Part shown: positions 1 to 10,494 of the stretch, in pieces
Layout: each line of letters begins with the position of its first letter
How positions within the stretch are numbered: position 1 is the first letter of the stretch
NCBI GenBank assembly: GCA_049967655.1
Contig: JBMFSH010000004.1
Location: forward strand, 25,193 to 89,192
Length of the DNA stretch: 64,000 nucleotides
From: Acidobacteriota bacterium
GTDB lineage: Bacteria; Acidobacteriota; UBA4820; DSQY01
Direction of reading: 5' to 3'
Translations under genes and position numbers: made by a program
Notes under the pieces: generated by a model
What the model was told of the DNA's origin: nothing
Database searches by the model: none
The model's input: only the letters and a program-made list of their open reading frames with translations

Positions 1-13
1 ACGCGTCCCGCCT

Positions 14-1045
<1,032 letters not shown>

Positions 1046-1086
1046 GGGGCACCTCCATCAGGGCCAGTATACGGGAGAGGGGGGGA

Positions 1087-1222
1087 GCGATGAAGCGATG
1101 AAGAGATTAAGCGATTGGGCGATGGGGCGATGGGGCGATGGGGCGATGGGGCGATTAAGCGATGGAGCGATTGAGCGATTAAGCGATTGAGCGATTAAGC
1201 GATGGAGCGATTGAGCGATTGG
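1087..1222 (+). repeat. Tandem array of 17 octamers, consensus GCGATKRR
   Basis: Read directly: GCGATGAA, GCGATGGG, GCGATTAA, GCGATTGA etc. in exact 8-nt register, intergenic. Confidence 0.97.
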
Positions 1223-1273
1223 GCGAAAGGCAAGACGCTAGAGGCGGCCGCAGCTAGCTCCTGATCCCCAATT

Positions 1274-1297
1274 TCTCTGTGTCTCTGTGCCTCTGTG
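1274..1297 (+). repeat. Three YCTCTGTG octamers
   Basis: tctctgtg tctctgtg cctctgtg. Confidence 0.85.
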
Positions 1298-1391
1298 GTC
1301 CTCCCGTTTTTCCCGATTTTCGATTGTCCCCTCCCCCACCTTGCCGCGCGCTTCCCGGCAGGGTATCCTGGGGCGGTCGAGCGCGGACGCG

Positions 1392-2315
1392 ATGGATCAT
1401 GTGCTGCAGGTTACCGAGCTAAAGAAGTCCTTCCGGGGCCACCTCTCCATCGGGGTGCACCACGTGCTGGACGGCATCAACCTCTCGGTTCCCAAGGGGG
1501 TCATCTACGGCTTCCTGGGCCCCAACGGCGCGGGCAAGACGACTACCATCAAGATCCTGGCCGGCCTGCTCTTCCCCGACTCGGGCGAGGCTCGGATCTT
1601 CGGGAGGTGCTCCACGGACCGCTCGGTGCGCCGCCGCATCGGCTTTCTCCCCGAGACGCCCTACTTCTACGACTACCTCAAGGGTGCCGAGCTGCTCGCC
1701 TTCATGGGCCGCCTCTACGGCCTTTCGCCCTCCCAGCTCTCGCGGCGCGTCTCCGAGCTGCTGGAGACCGTGGGCCTCAAGGGCCAGGGCAAGCTCCAAC
1801 TCCGCAAGTACAGCAAGGGCATGCTCCAGCGCATCGGGCTGGCCCAGGCCCTCATTCACGACCCCGAGCTGGTGATCCTGGACGAGCCCATGAGCGGCCT
1901 GGACCCCATCGGCCGGAGGGAGATCCGCGACCTCATCCTCTCGCTCAAGGAGCAGGGCAAGACGGTCTTCTTCTCCTCCCACATCCTGGCGGACGCCGAG
2001 ATGCTCTGCGACCAGGTGGCCATCCTGGTCAAGGGCCGCGTCGTTCAGGAGGGGATCCTGGAGGTACTGTTGGGCTCGGAGGTGCGCTTCTGGGACGTGA
2101 CCCTGCGGGGGCTGGAGACCTTCTCGCCTCCCCCGGGCTGTTCGGTCCTGACCCACCGGGGCGGCCAGGTGCTGGTGCGCGTGGAGTCCGAGGCGACCCT
2201 CCAAACGCTTCTGGACAAGGCGAGGGCCGAGGGGGCCTCGGTTCGCTCCGTGATGCCCCACAAGGCCTCCCTCGAGGACCTGTTCATGGCTCAGATTCCG
2301 GGAGGAGGAACATGA
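1392..2315 (+). CDS. ABC transporter ATP-binding protein (PilH-like)
   Basis: Walker A GPNGAGKTT, signature YSKGMLQR, Walker B ILDEP, H-loop; ATG 1392 chosen as start. Confidence 0.92.
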   Translation: MDHVLQVTELKKSFRGHLSIGVHHVLDGINLSVPKGVIYGFLGPNGAGKTTTIKILAGLLFPDSGEARIFGRCSTDRSVRRRIGFLPETPYFYDYLKGAELLAFMGRLYGLSPSQLSRRVSELLETVGLKGQGKLQLRKYSKGMLQRIGLAQALIHDPELVILDEPMSGLDPIGRREIRDLILSLKEQGKTVFFSSHILADAEMLCDQVAILVKGRVVQEGILEVLLGSEVRFWDVTLRGLETFSPPPGCSVLTHRGGQVLVRVESEATLQTLLDKARAEGASVRSVMPHKASLEDLFMAQIPGGGT

Positions 2316-3112
2316 CTCCCGTGGCCGTCACGCCGAGGCTGACCCTCGTCCAGGTCTACGCCATCGCCAAGAACACCTTCAAGGAGGCCGTGCGGAGCCG
2401 GATCTTCTACATCCTGCTGGCCTTCGCTCTCTGCCTCCTCCTCTTCTCCTTCATCATGGGGCTCCTGGCCATCGGGAGCCTGCGCCGCGTCATCCTGGAC
2501 ATGGGGCTTGCGACCATCGCCTACTTCTCGGCGGCCACCGCCATCTTCATCGGCATCGGCCTCATCTACAAGGAGGTGGAGCGCAAGACCATCTACAACG
2601 TGCTCTCCAAGCCCCTCTCGCGAAGCAGCTTCATCCTGGGCCGGTATCTCGGGATCATGACCGTGCTCCTGGTCAACCTGGTGGCCATGACGCTCGTGCT
2701 GGCGGGGGTCCTGGCCTCGGTGGGGGCCTTCACCGCCCGGATCTTCCCCGCCGTCGGCTACATCTATCTCGAACTGATGATCCTCTCCGCGGTGGCCCTC
2801 TTCTTCTCCTCGGTCAGTTCGCCCGTGGTGAGCGCCATCTGCACCGTGGCCTTCTATCTCATCGGCCACACGAGCTCGAGCATCCCCTCTTTCCTGATTC
2901 CGCTGGTGCAGTCCGAATTCGCCAAGCGGGCGCTCCTGTTGCTGTACCACCTCTTGCCCGACCTCAACCTGCTCGACATCAACAACCTGGTGGTGCACAA
3001 CATCCCCACCGCCCCGGGGTTCGCCTCCCGCGGGATCATCTACACCCTCCTCATGGTGGCCGTGCTTCTCCTAGCCTCCTCGCTCTGCTTCAAGCGGCGC
3101 GACCTGGTGTGA
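2312..3112 (+). CDS. ABC-2 type permease (PilI-like)
   Basis: IAKNTFKEAVRSR start, about 6 TM segments, KEVERKTIYNVLSKPLSR motif; GGAGG RBS and ATGA overlap with the ATPase stop. Confidence 0.9.
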   Translation: MTPVAVTPRLTLVQVYAIAKNTFKEAVRSRIFYILLAFALCLLLFSFIMGLLAIGSLRRVILDMGLATIAYFSAATAIFIGIGLIYKEVERKTIYNVLSKPLSRSSFILGRYLGIMTVLLVNLVAMTLVLAGVLASVGAFTARIFPAVGYIYLELMILSAVALFFSSVSSPVVSAICTVAFYLIGHTSSSIPSFLIPLVQSEFAKRALLLLYHLLPDLNLLDINNLVVHNIPTAPGFASRGIIYTLLMVAVLLLASSLCFKRRDLV

Positions 3113-3984
3113 CCGTGCGCACCCTGGCGGGAGTGCTGGTCATCGCCCTGCTGCTCGCCGCGGTGGTCCCCCTGCACCAGCAGATGGTGGCACTGCACGA
3201 CACCTACCCCACCGAGTTCCGCTCCTACTACATCCCCTCCAGCGCTTACCTCAAGGTGGCCTGCCTGGGGCAGGACAACTTCGCGGCCGACCTCATCTTC
3301 ATCTGGTCCATTCAGTTCTTCGACCGCTACAAACGGAGTGTGAGGGACACCTACCTGCTGCACACCTACGACGTGATCACGGACCTCGACCCCCGGTTCT
3401 ACGAGGCCTACATCATGGGAAACCTCTTCCTCAGTCTGGACAAGAAGTGGGACATGCTCTACTCGCTCTCGGACAAGGGGATCGCCGCCGACCCCAAGGA
3501 CTGGCTCGTGGCCTGGGACGCCGGCACCTACGCCTTCTTCCAGGCCCACGACTACGCCAAGGCTCTGAAGTACTTCCACATCGCCTACGCCAGGAACCCG
3601 AACCGGCCGATCCTCAAAGACATGCTGGCCAACGCCTACAAATACCAGGGGGACTACGAGAGCTCCCTGCACTACTGGCAGAGCATCGCCAGCGAATACG
3701 CGGGCAAGGAGGAGCACCAGGCCTCCTACTTCCGCTTCGCAGCGGAGCGCAACATCTTCGACCTGACCATCAAGATCGACCTTCGCAACCTCACGAGCGC
3801 CGTGGCCATGTACCGACAGGCCAAGGGGGCCCCGCCGCCCACGCTGCAGGCGTTGGTGAGCGCGGGGTACCTGAAGTCCCTGCCCGTCGATCCCGAAGGC
3901 AAGCCCTACCTCTACGATCCCAAGACCGGCGCCGTGACCTGCCAGACGCCCTTCAAGTTCCGCGGGAAGTTCGGGCAATGGTGA
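3109..3984 (+). CDS. Membrane-anchored TPR-like protein with pseudopilin-G-like C-terminus (PilG/Xap-like)
   Basis: N-terminal hydrophobic segment, helical repeats, C-terminal LVSAGYLKSLPVDPEGKPYLYD; coupled by GTGA overlap. Confidence 0.7.
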   Translation: MTVRTLAGVLVIALLLAAVVPLHQQMVALHDTYPTEFRSYYIPSSAYLKVACLGQDNFAADLIFIWSIQFFDRYKRSVRDTYLLHTYDVITDLDPRFYEAYIMGNLFLSLDKKWDMLYSLSDKGIAADPKDWLVAWDAGTYAFFQAHDYAKALKYFHIAYARNPNRPILKDMLANAYKYQGDYESSLHYWQSIASEYAGKEEHQASYFRFAAERNIFDLTIKIDLRNLTSAVAMYRQAKGAPPPTLQALVSAGYLKSLPVDPEGKPYLYDPKTGAVTCQTPFKFRGKFGQW

Positions 3985-4757
3985 GCTTGACCCTCGCCTT
4001 CGCCCTGCTCTGCGGGCTGATCCTGGGCTCCTTCGCCAACGTCCTCATCCACCGCCTGCCGCGGGGCGAATCCATCGTGAACCCACCCTCCCATTGCCCC
4101 CATTGCGGGAGTCCCATCCGCTGGTTCCAAAACATCCCGGTGGCCTCCTGGGTCTTTCTGCGGGGCCGGTGCGCCGCCTGCGGGGGACCCATCGCCGTGC
4201 GATATCCCGCCGTCGAGGCTTCGGTGGGGGCGCTTTTCCTCCTCTCCGCCTGGGTCTGGGGCCCCACCTTCGCCGGTGCGGCGGCGGGCCTCTTCGCCCT
4301 CCTGTGCGTGGTGCTGGGGCTCATCGACCTGGAGCACCAGATTTTGCCCGACCGCCTCACGCTGCCCGGCATCGCGCTCGGACTGCTGTTTTCGCCCTAC
4401 CTTCCCTGGACCAACCTCACCGATTCCCTGGCCGGCGCCGCGCTCGGCGCCGCCATCCCCGCCCTCCTGATCGCGCTCTACGCCCTGTTCGGCATCGAGG
4501 CCATGGGCTGGGGGGACGTGAAGTTCCTCGCCATGGTGGGCGCCTTCCTGGGCTGGCGGGGCGCCCTCCTCACGATTCTCGGGGGCGCCCTTTTGGGAAC
4601 GCTCCTGGGCGGCGGCTATCTCCTTCTGACTGGCAAGGGCCGCCGGACTCCGCTTCCCTTCGGAACCTTCCTCTCGGCGGCCGCCCTGGCGAGCCTCTTC
4701 TTCGCGGGCCGGTTTTGGGCCTGGTACGGGGCCCTCCTCGGCCGCCTCTCCCCATGA
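3978..4757 (+). CDS. pilD: Prepilin peptidase / N-methyltransferase
   Basis: GSFANVLIHRLP, two CxxC pairs, IDLEHQILPD and MGWGDVK catalytic Asp motifs, PFGTFL. Confidence 0.93.
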   Translation: MVSLTLAFALLCGLILGSFANVLIHRLPRGESIVNPPSHCPHCGSPIRWFQNIPVASWVFLRGRCAACGGPIAVRYPAVEASVGALFLLSAWVWGPTFAGAAAGLFALLCVVLGLIDLEHQILPDRLTLPGIALGLLFSPYLPWTNLTDSLAGAALGAAIPALLIALYALFGIEAMGWGDVKFLAMVGAFLGWRGALLTILGGALLGTLLGGGYLLLTGKGRRTPLPFGTFLSAAALASLFFAGRFWAWYGALLGRLSP

Positions 4758-6502
4758 GACTGCTCAAGCCCGACACGAGGCGGCTCCTCGTCTGGGCCCT
4801 GCTGGCCACCTGCACGCTCTTCCTCTTCGCCTCGGGGAGCGGCCTCGTCACCCTGTCGCAGTCGCTGGCCGTCCAGCGGAAGGCGGTTTCGGACCAGACC
4901 CTCCTCCTCGGCAGGAGGGGCTGGAAGGCCCTGGAGGCCGGCGGCTTCCGGCAACCTTCCGAACCGTCCTGGCGGCTGGCCCTTCTGCCGCCGGACCTGC
5001 CGCCCTCACCGGTCCAACCCGAGGGCATGGCGCTGCTGTTCGGGACGCGGGTGCTGTGGGCCGAGCCCGCCTTCGCTCCGCCGCGGGTGGAGGCCCCGCC
5101 GAAGGGGGCGGAGGAGGTGATCCGGAATGGAGGCCGATGGCTCTACCTGAGGAGCTTGGAGGACGGCCGGCTCCTGATGGTGACGTTCGCGGCGCCCGCC
5201 TACGAGCGGCTCCGGAGCCGGTACGTCCTGCTTTCGGTGTTCGAGGCCGTGGGGCTGACCCTGTTGGGCCTGCTGTGGATCTGGCTGGCCCTGAGGCTCT
5301 ACCGCTCCTACCAGGGACTGGCCAGTGCGGCGCGCGACGCCAGCGAGTATCTCCCCCCGTCCGGCGGGGGCTCTCCCGCCCTGGCCATGGTGGAGGTCTT
5401 CCAGCACACGCTCCACGAGCTGCGGGCCCGCAGCGACGAGCTGGCCGAGCTGCACCAGCGGGAGAAGCGGAGGGCCGAGGAGGTGGAGGGGCTCGCCGAG
5501 GCCCTCTGCGCCAACCTAGAAGCGGGGTACCTCCGGTTCGACGAGGCGGGACGGCTCTCGGGCCTGAACGCCGCCGGCCGCTCCCTCCTCGGCCTGCCCA
5601 CGGTTCCCAGGCTGGGCGACGCGGCCGAAGCCTTGCTCGCGGCCAAGCCGGAAGCTCTGGCCGTCTTGAGGGAGTCCATGGACAAGCGGAGCCTGACCCT
5701 GCGGGAAGAGGTGCCGGGTGCCCCGGGCCTTCTCCTCCAGGTCGTGGGAATTCCGCTGTTCAACCTCCTCCACCAGCTCCGGGGCTACCTCCTGATCTTG
5801 AAGGACCAGACCTCGCTTTACCAGATGCGCAGGACGATACGCGAGCGGGAGGCCCTCTCCCGCCTTGGCGAGGTGGCCGCGGGAGTGGCGCACGAGGTGC
5901 GCAACAGCCTCAGCACCTTCACGGCCCACATCAAACTTCTGGCCCAGGACCGGCCGGAGATGGCCGGTCAGGCCCACTACCAGGGGTTGCTGGAGGAGGT
6001 CCGCGGGCTGGAGACGGTGGTCCAGAACCTCCTCTTCTTCGCGCGCCCGCTGCCCCTGGTGACCGAGACGATCCCCCTCGGGCCGCTCCTGGAGGAGGAG
6101 GCGCAGGCGCTCCGGCAGCAGTTTCCGGACCTCCAGGTGGAGGTCCTGGCCGGAGAGGGCCACAGCGTTCGAGCGGACCGGGAGGCCCTGGCCAGGGCCC
6201 TCCGAAACCTCACGCGCAACGCGGCCGAGGCCCTCATGCAGGGCGGCCGGGGCTTCGGGCACGTGCGGCTCTCGTGCGGTCTGGAGTCCGAGGGGGCGGT
6301 GATCCGCGTGGAGGACGACGGGCCGGGCCTGAGTCCCGAGGCGGCGCAAGAGCTTTTCGTGCCCTTCGCCAGCCAGAAGCCGGGCGGCACGGGCCTGGGG
6401 CTGGCCATCGCCCGCAAGATCGTCCGGGAACACGGGGGGGAGCTCTCCTCCTTCGCCTCTCCGCTGGGCGGCGCGGGCTTCCGGATCGTTCTCCCTTCGT
6501 AG
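4754..6502 (+). CDS. Membrane sensor histidine kinase (PilS/NtrB-like), no cognate regulator in window
   Basis: Two TM segments, PAS-like region, H-box AHEVRNSL, N-box, DDGPG, GTGLGL. Confidence 0.9.
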   Translation: MRLLKPDTRRLLVWALLATCTLFLFASGSGLVTLSQSLAVQRKAVSDQTLLLGRRGWKALEAGGFRQPSEPSWRLALLPPDLPPSPVQPEGMALLFGTRVLWAEPAFAPPRVEAPPKGAEEVIRNGGRWLYLRSLEDGRLLMVTFAAPAYERLRSRYVLLSVFEAVGLTLLGLLWIWLALRLYRSYQGLASAARDASEYLPPSGGGSPALAMVEVFQHTLHELRARSDELAELHQREKRRAEEVEGLAEALCANLEAGYLRFDEAGRLSGLNAAGRSLLGLPTVPRLGDAAEALLAAKPEALAVLRESMDKRSLTLREEVPGAPGLLLQVVGIPLFNLLHQLRGYLLILKDQTSLYQMRRTIREREALSRLGEVAAGVAHEVRNSLSTFTAHIKLLAQDRPEMAGQAHYQGLLEEVRGLETVVQNLLFFARPLPLVTETIPLGPLLEEEAQALRQQFPDLQVEVLAGEGHSVRADREALARALRNLTRNAAEALMQGGRGFGHVRLSCGLESEGAVIRVEDDGPGLSPEAAQELFVPFASQKPGGTGLGLAIARKIVREHGGELSSFASPLGGAGFRIVLPS

Positions 6503-6587
6503 GTCTCTCCCTGCTCCCCCAATTCCGCGATGCAATTCACGCCGGTGTGGGTGCCGTTGCCTGACGGCGACTTCCCCTCGGGATTAG

Positions 6588-6699
6588 GCGATGAGGCGAT
6601 TAAGCGATTAAGCGATTAGGCGATTAAGCGATTAAGCGATTAGGCGATTAGGCGATTAAGCGATTAGGCGATTAAGCGATTAAGCGATTAGGCGATTAA
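6588..6699 (+). repeat. Tandem array of 14 octamers (13 x GCGATTAR)
   Basis: Read directly; units differ only at the last base (A/G) from 6596 to 6699. Confidence 0.98.
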
Positions 6700-6909
6700 G
6701 CGAGATGGGATGAAAGGCCGGCCCCTTTCAGGCTAGCTGTCCTAGCTCGCGATCCATGGCTGGATGAGCCTTGCCTCGCCTTCTCCTCGCTCCATCGCGG
6801 AATTGGGCTGCTCTGGAACGAGCGGGCGCCCTGCGCTATGCTGGTCCTCTTTTGGAGGGGCGGCCCGGAGAGGTCCAGGCCGCCTCAGAGTTTACCCGGG
6901 GAGGTACCC

Positions 6910-7983
6910 ATGAAGCGGTTCCTGATCGGACTCCTGGCGCTGTTGCCCGTGGTCCTGCTGGCCGGCGAAAAGCCCTGGTTCAAGGGCTCGCTGGAGCAGG
7001 CCGAGGCGGCGGCGAAGAGCCGGAACAAGATGGTCGTCCTCAAGTTCTACGCGGACTGGTGAGGGTCCTGCCAGAAACTGGACCGTGACGTCCTTACGCA
7101 GAACACGATGGATCGCTTCGACCGCAACGTCATCTGGTATCGCGCCAACGTGGACCTTCCGGACAACAAGCCCCTTCTCAAGAGCTACCACGTCACCGGG
7201 ATCCCCACCACCGTGGTTCTGGACACGAAGGGGGCGGAGGTGGATCGGATCATCGGATACGACGGCCGTTCGGAGTGGCTCAAGACCCTGCTGGGCTACC
7301 TCTACGGCGTGGACACCCTGCAAGACTACCTCGACCGGGCCTCCGCCGCTCCCACCGTAGCCGAAGGGGTCACCATCGCCCAGAAGTACCTGGACCGCGG
7401 CGAGCCGAAGGAGTCGCTGGTCTGGGTGGACAAGGCCAGGGCCCTCAAGCCGGGGCCGGACGAGAAGGCCGCGCAGACACTGAGGTTCATCGAGGCGCAG
7501 GCCTGGCTGACCACCGATCCCCCGAAGGGCGTCGAGGCCCTCACCGTGGTCGCCACGGATGCCAAGGACCCCAACGCCGCCGACGCTTTCAGCACGCTCT
7601 CTGGCCACTACCGCCGGGAGGTCAAGAACGCCAAGGACGTGGCCGCCAAGCAGAAGGCCGAGGAGAGCCTCATGGCCCTCTACCACAAGCTGCTTCCGTC
7701 TCACCAGGACGACGCCCAGTTCCTCAACGACTACGCCTGGCACTGCGCGGAGCTGGGGGTAGAGCTGGACCAGGCCCTGGCGGCGGGGCAGCGCGCCGCC
7801 GAACTCAGCAAGCAGGACCCCGGCATCCTGGACACGGTGGCCGAGGTGTACTACAAGATGGGGAAGAGTGACCAGGCCGTGGGGACCATCGATGAGGCCC
7901 TCAAGCAGAAGCCCGGCGACAGCTACCTCGAGGGGCAGCGAGCCAAATTCCTGAAGGCCGGCGGGAGCAAGGACAAGCACTGA
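6910..7983 (+). CDS. Candidate selenoprotein: signal peptide + thioredoxin-fold domain (UxxC) + TPR domain, 357 aa with in-frame TGA at 7060..7062
   Basis: ORFs 6838..7062 and 7108..7983 share a frame; joined read is KFYADW-TGA-GSCQKLDRDV...VTGIPTTVVLD (Trx cis-Pro loop); GGAGG RBS before ATG 6910. Confidence 0.85.
7068..7101 (+). promoter_or_regulatory. Candidate bacterial SECIS hairpin
   Basis: Upper stem GGAC(7080-83)/GTCC(7090-93), loop CGTGAC with G at position 2, 21 nt after the TGA; lower pairing CTGC/GCAG; folded by eye. Confidence 0.5.
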
Positions 7984-8082
7984 CCCGCTCGTGGCCTTCG
8001 CAGCGCGATCCTCGGCGCCCCGGTCGCGGTTGACGGCCGGGGCGCTTCGCGTCTGGCCGGGGAGGAAGGGGGGAACTTCTCC

Positions 8083-10431
8083 GTGAGGTCATGGGAGGCA
8101 CGCACAGCCGTCCTGGCCGCGTTTGCTGCGGGGGTCTCTCTCGCCCCGTGGATCGCGGCACCCTGGTGGATTGCCCTGCCGGCCCTCGCCGTGGCCGCTT
8201 CTCTGCTGCGCCTGCCCCGCCTGCGCCTCGCCCTGCCCCTGTTGGCGTCCATCGTGGGGCTGGCCGCGGGAGGAGCCCGGCTCCACCCCCCGGCTCCCGA
8301 CTGGCTCACCCAAAGCGTGTCCCGGGCCCAGGGCCCCACCTACGTTTGGGTGAGGGGCAAGGCGGTGGAGGGCGAGCCCTGGCCCGACGGAAGCCGGGTC
8401 ACCCTTCAGCTCGACTCCGCCCGCCTGGAGTCGGCCTGGCTTCCCGTCCACTCCCTCGTCCGGGCCTACCTGCCCGTCCCGCCTCCCGCCGAGGGGGCGC
8501 TGCTGGAGGCGAGCCTGGGGCTCACCGCCCCCCGCTCTGCCTCCAACCCCGGGCAGTTCGATTCGGCGGCCTACCTCGCGAACCAGGGCATTGCCCTCGT
8601 GGGCACGTGCCGGAGCTCCGCCCTCGTCCACGAATCTCCTCCCAGGAAGTGGCACCTGATCGGCCGGTACAGACGGGCCATCCGCTCCCGCCTGGAGGAG
8701 GACACGGGGGATCTCCGCGGGGCCCTCCTGGCGCTCCTTCTGGGAGAGCGGGGGCTCCTGGACACCCAGAGCACCGCCGACCTGAGCCGATCCGGCCTCC
8801 TCCACCTGATCGCGCTCTCGGGCTTCAACGTGGGCCTGGTCCTGCTCCTCTTCATGGGGCTCGCCCACGCCCTCCGGTGCCCCCCCTCCTGGCGGGACGC
8901 GGCGGGGCTCGCCCTTCTGGGGGTCTACGGCCTCCTCGTGGCGCCGAGTAGCTCCCTGTCGCGCGCGCTCCTGATGGCGGCCCTGTTTCTCCTGCTGCGC
9001 CTACTCGCCAGGCCCCACAGCGCCCTCACGGCGTGGACGCTGGCGGCCGCCCTGCTCCTCCTCTACCGGCCCCAGTTCATCTCGGACGCCGGTTTTCAGC
9101 TCACCTTCGCGGCGACCCTGGGCATCCTGGTGTTCTGGAGCGCCTACCCCGCGGCCCTGCCCGCCAAGGGACCGCTGGGCTGGCTTCTCAAACTGCTCTG
9201 GGTGGGGCTCTCGGCCCAGGTGGCCACCCTTCCCATCCTGGTGATCACCTTCCACCGGTTCTCCCCGTGGGGATGGCTCGCCACTCCGGCCGCCTCGCTC
9301 CCGCTCATGGCCGTCCAGGGAATAGGGCTCCTGTACATCCTGGGCCTCGGGTTCGTGCCGGGCCTGCACCAGGCTCTGGCCTGGAGCCTGGAGCTGACGA
9401 CCAGACCCTTCATGGCCATGGCGGAGGGGCTGGGCAGGAGCGCCTGGGGAAGCTTCTTCGTTCCGTTCCCGTGGTGGGGCTGGACGGCTCTCTACCTCCT
9501 GGGGCTCGCCCTGCTGGCCTGGCCGTCGCGCCGCCGCGCATCCGGATGGGTGCTCATGGGGGCCGCCGTCGTGGCCTTCTGGTCCTGGCCGACGGGGCCG
9601 GCCGTTCGGGACGCCCGGGGAGTGGCCCTCCTCGACGTCGGGGAGGCCTCATGCCAGACCGTGCTCTGGCCCGGCGGTTGTCTTCTCGTCGACGCCGGCA
9701 CCAGCGGCATCGAGGGCCCCGGATCGGGGATTACGGTGATCGAGCCGTTCCTGGCCCGGGCGGGCGTGAAGGGCCTGACCGGCATCGTGCTGACGCACTG
9801 GGACCGCGACCACTGCGGAGCCGCGGAGGACCTGATCCAGGACCTCCCCGTGGGCTTCCTGGCCTATCCCGCTACGGATCCGCCCAAGGGCGATTTGCCC
9901 CTTCGAATAGCGGCTATGGCCGAGAGGAGAAACGTCGCCCTGCTTCCACTGGTCCGGGGCGACGAACTCCGGTTCTCGGAGCCGGCCCTTTCCGTTCTCG
10001 GTCCCACCCTCCCCAGCTGCCTTCGGAACGAGAACGACCGCAGTCTGGTGGCCCGCCTCCGCTTGGGAACCGCCGGCCTGATCGTCACTGGAGACCTGGA
10101 AAAGGGGGGGGAGCGGGAGCTTCTCGATGCTGGACTCCCCCTGGTGTCCTACGCGCTGATGGCCCCCCACCACGGGTCCGCCACCTCCAGCAGCCCGGCC
10201 TGGCTGGATGCCGTGGCGCCCAAGGTGATCCTCATTAGCGTGGGACGAGCCAACCGCTTCGGCCACCCGTCGCCCGCCGTGCTGGCCCGCTACGCATCCC
10301 TGCCCGCCCGGGTCTACCGCACGGACCGGGACGGCGCCCTCCTGCTGGACCTGACGGAAGGACGCCCCGGTGTCTACCGCCATGGGGACGGAGACTGGTC
10401 GCGACGGCTCTTTCGCCGCCTCGGTTCGTAA
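8083..10431 (+). CDS. comEC: DNA uptake channel ComEC/Rec2
   Basis: NPGQFD, HLIALSGFN competence domain, GFQLTF, metallo-beta-lactamase LTHWDRDH and APHHGS. Confidence 0.92.
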   Translation: MRSWEARTAVLAAFAAGVSLAPWIAAPWWIALPALAVAASLLRLPRLRLALPLLASIVGLAAGGARLHPPAPDWLTQSVSRAQGPTYVWVRGKAVEGEPWPDGSRVTLQLDSARLESAWLPVHSLVRAYLPVPPPAEGALLEASLGLTAPRSASNPGQFDSAAYLANQGIALVGTCRSSALVHESPPRKWHLIGRYRRAIRSRLEEDTGDLRGALLALLLGERGLLDTQSTADLSRSGLLHLIALSGFNVGLVLLLFMGLAHALRCPPSWRDAAGLALLGVYGLLVAPSSSLSRALLMAALFLLLRLLARPHSALTAWTLAAALLLLYRPQFISDAGFQLTFAATLGILVFWSAYPAALPAKGPLGWLLKLLWVGLSAQVATLPILVITFHRFSPWGWLATPAASLPLMAVQGIGLLYILGLGFVPGLHQALAWSLELTTRPFMAMAEGLGRSAWGSFFVPFPWWGWTALYLLGLALLAWPSRRRASGWVLMGAAVVAFWSWPTGPAVRDARGVALLDVGEASCQTVLWPGGCLLVDAGTSGIEGPGSGITVIEPFLARAGVKGLTGIVLTHWDRDHCGAAEDLIQDLPVGFLAYPATDPPKGDLPLRIAAMAERRNVALLPLVRGDELRFSEPALSVLGPTLPSCLRNENDRSLVARLRLGTAGLIVTGDLEKGGERELLDAGLPLVSYALMAPHHGSATSSSPAWLDAVAPKVILISVGRANRFGHPSPAVLARYASLPARVYRTDRDGALLLDLTEGRPGVYRHGDGDWSRRLFRRLGS

Positions 10432-10438
10432 AGATGGC

Positions 10439-10469
10439 GCGGGCCCCGCTCGGGTGGAGCGGGGCCCGC
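10439..10469. terminator. GC-rich hairpin between convergent comEC and tlpA-like genes
   Basis: 13-bp perfect stem GCGGGCCCCGCTC / GAGCGGGGCCCGC; no clear U-tract. Confidence 0.55.
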
Positions 10470-10494
10470 GTGCCTAGCCTAATTGGGTTCGGTC

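Noticed and set aside
1087..6699. GCGAT arrays as CRISPR arrays or HIP1 sites
   Set aside because: Period is 8 nt with no unique spacers and no cas genes; the units are not the GCGATCGC palindrome.
6838..7062. Separate 74-aa ORF and separate 291-aa ORF (7108..7983) as two genes
   Set aside because: The break falls in the middle of a thioredoxin active site, both are in one frame, and 7108 has no evident RBS; treated as one recoded gene.
7060..7062. Genome-wide UGA reassignment (Trp/Gly) as the explanation for read-through
   Set aside because: TGA is the normal stop of many conserved genes here (rpoB, rpoC, rpmG, topA, serS), and tRNA-Trp has a CCA anticodon.
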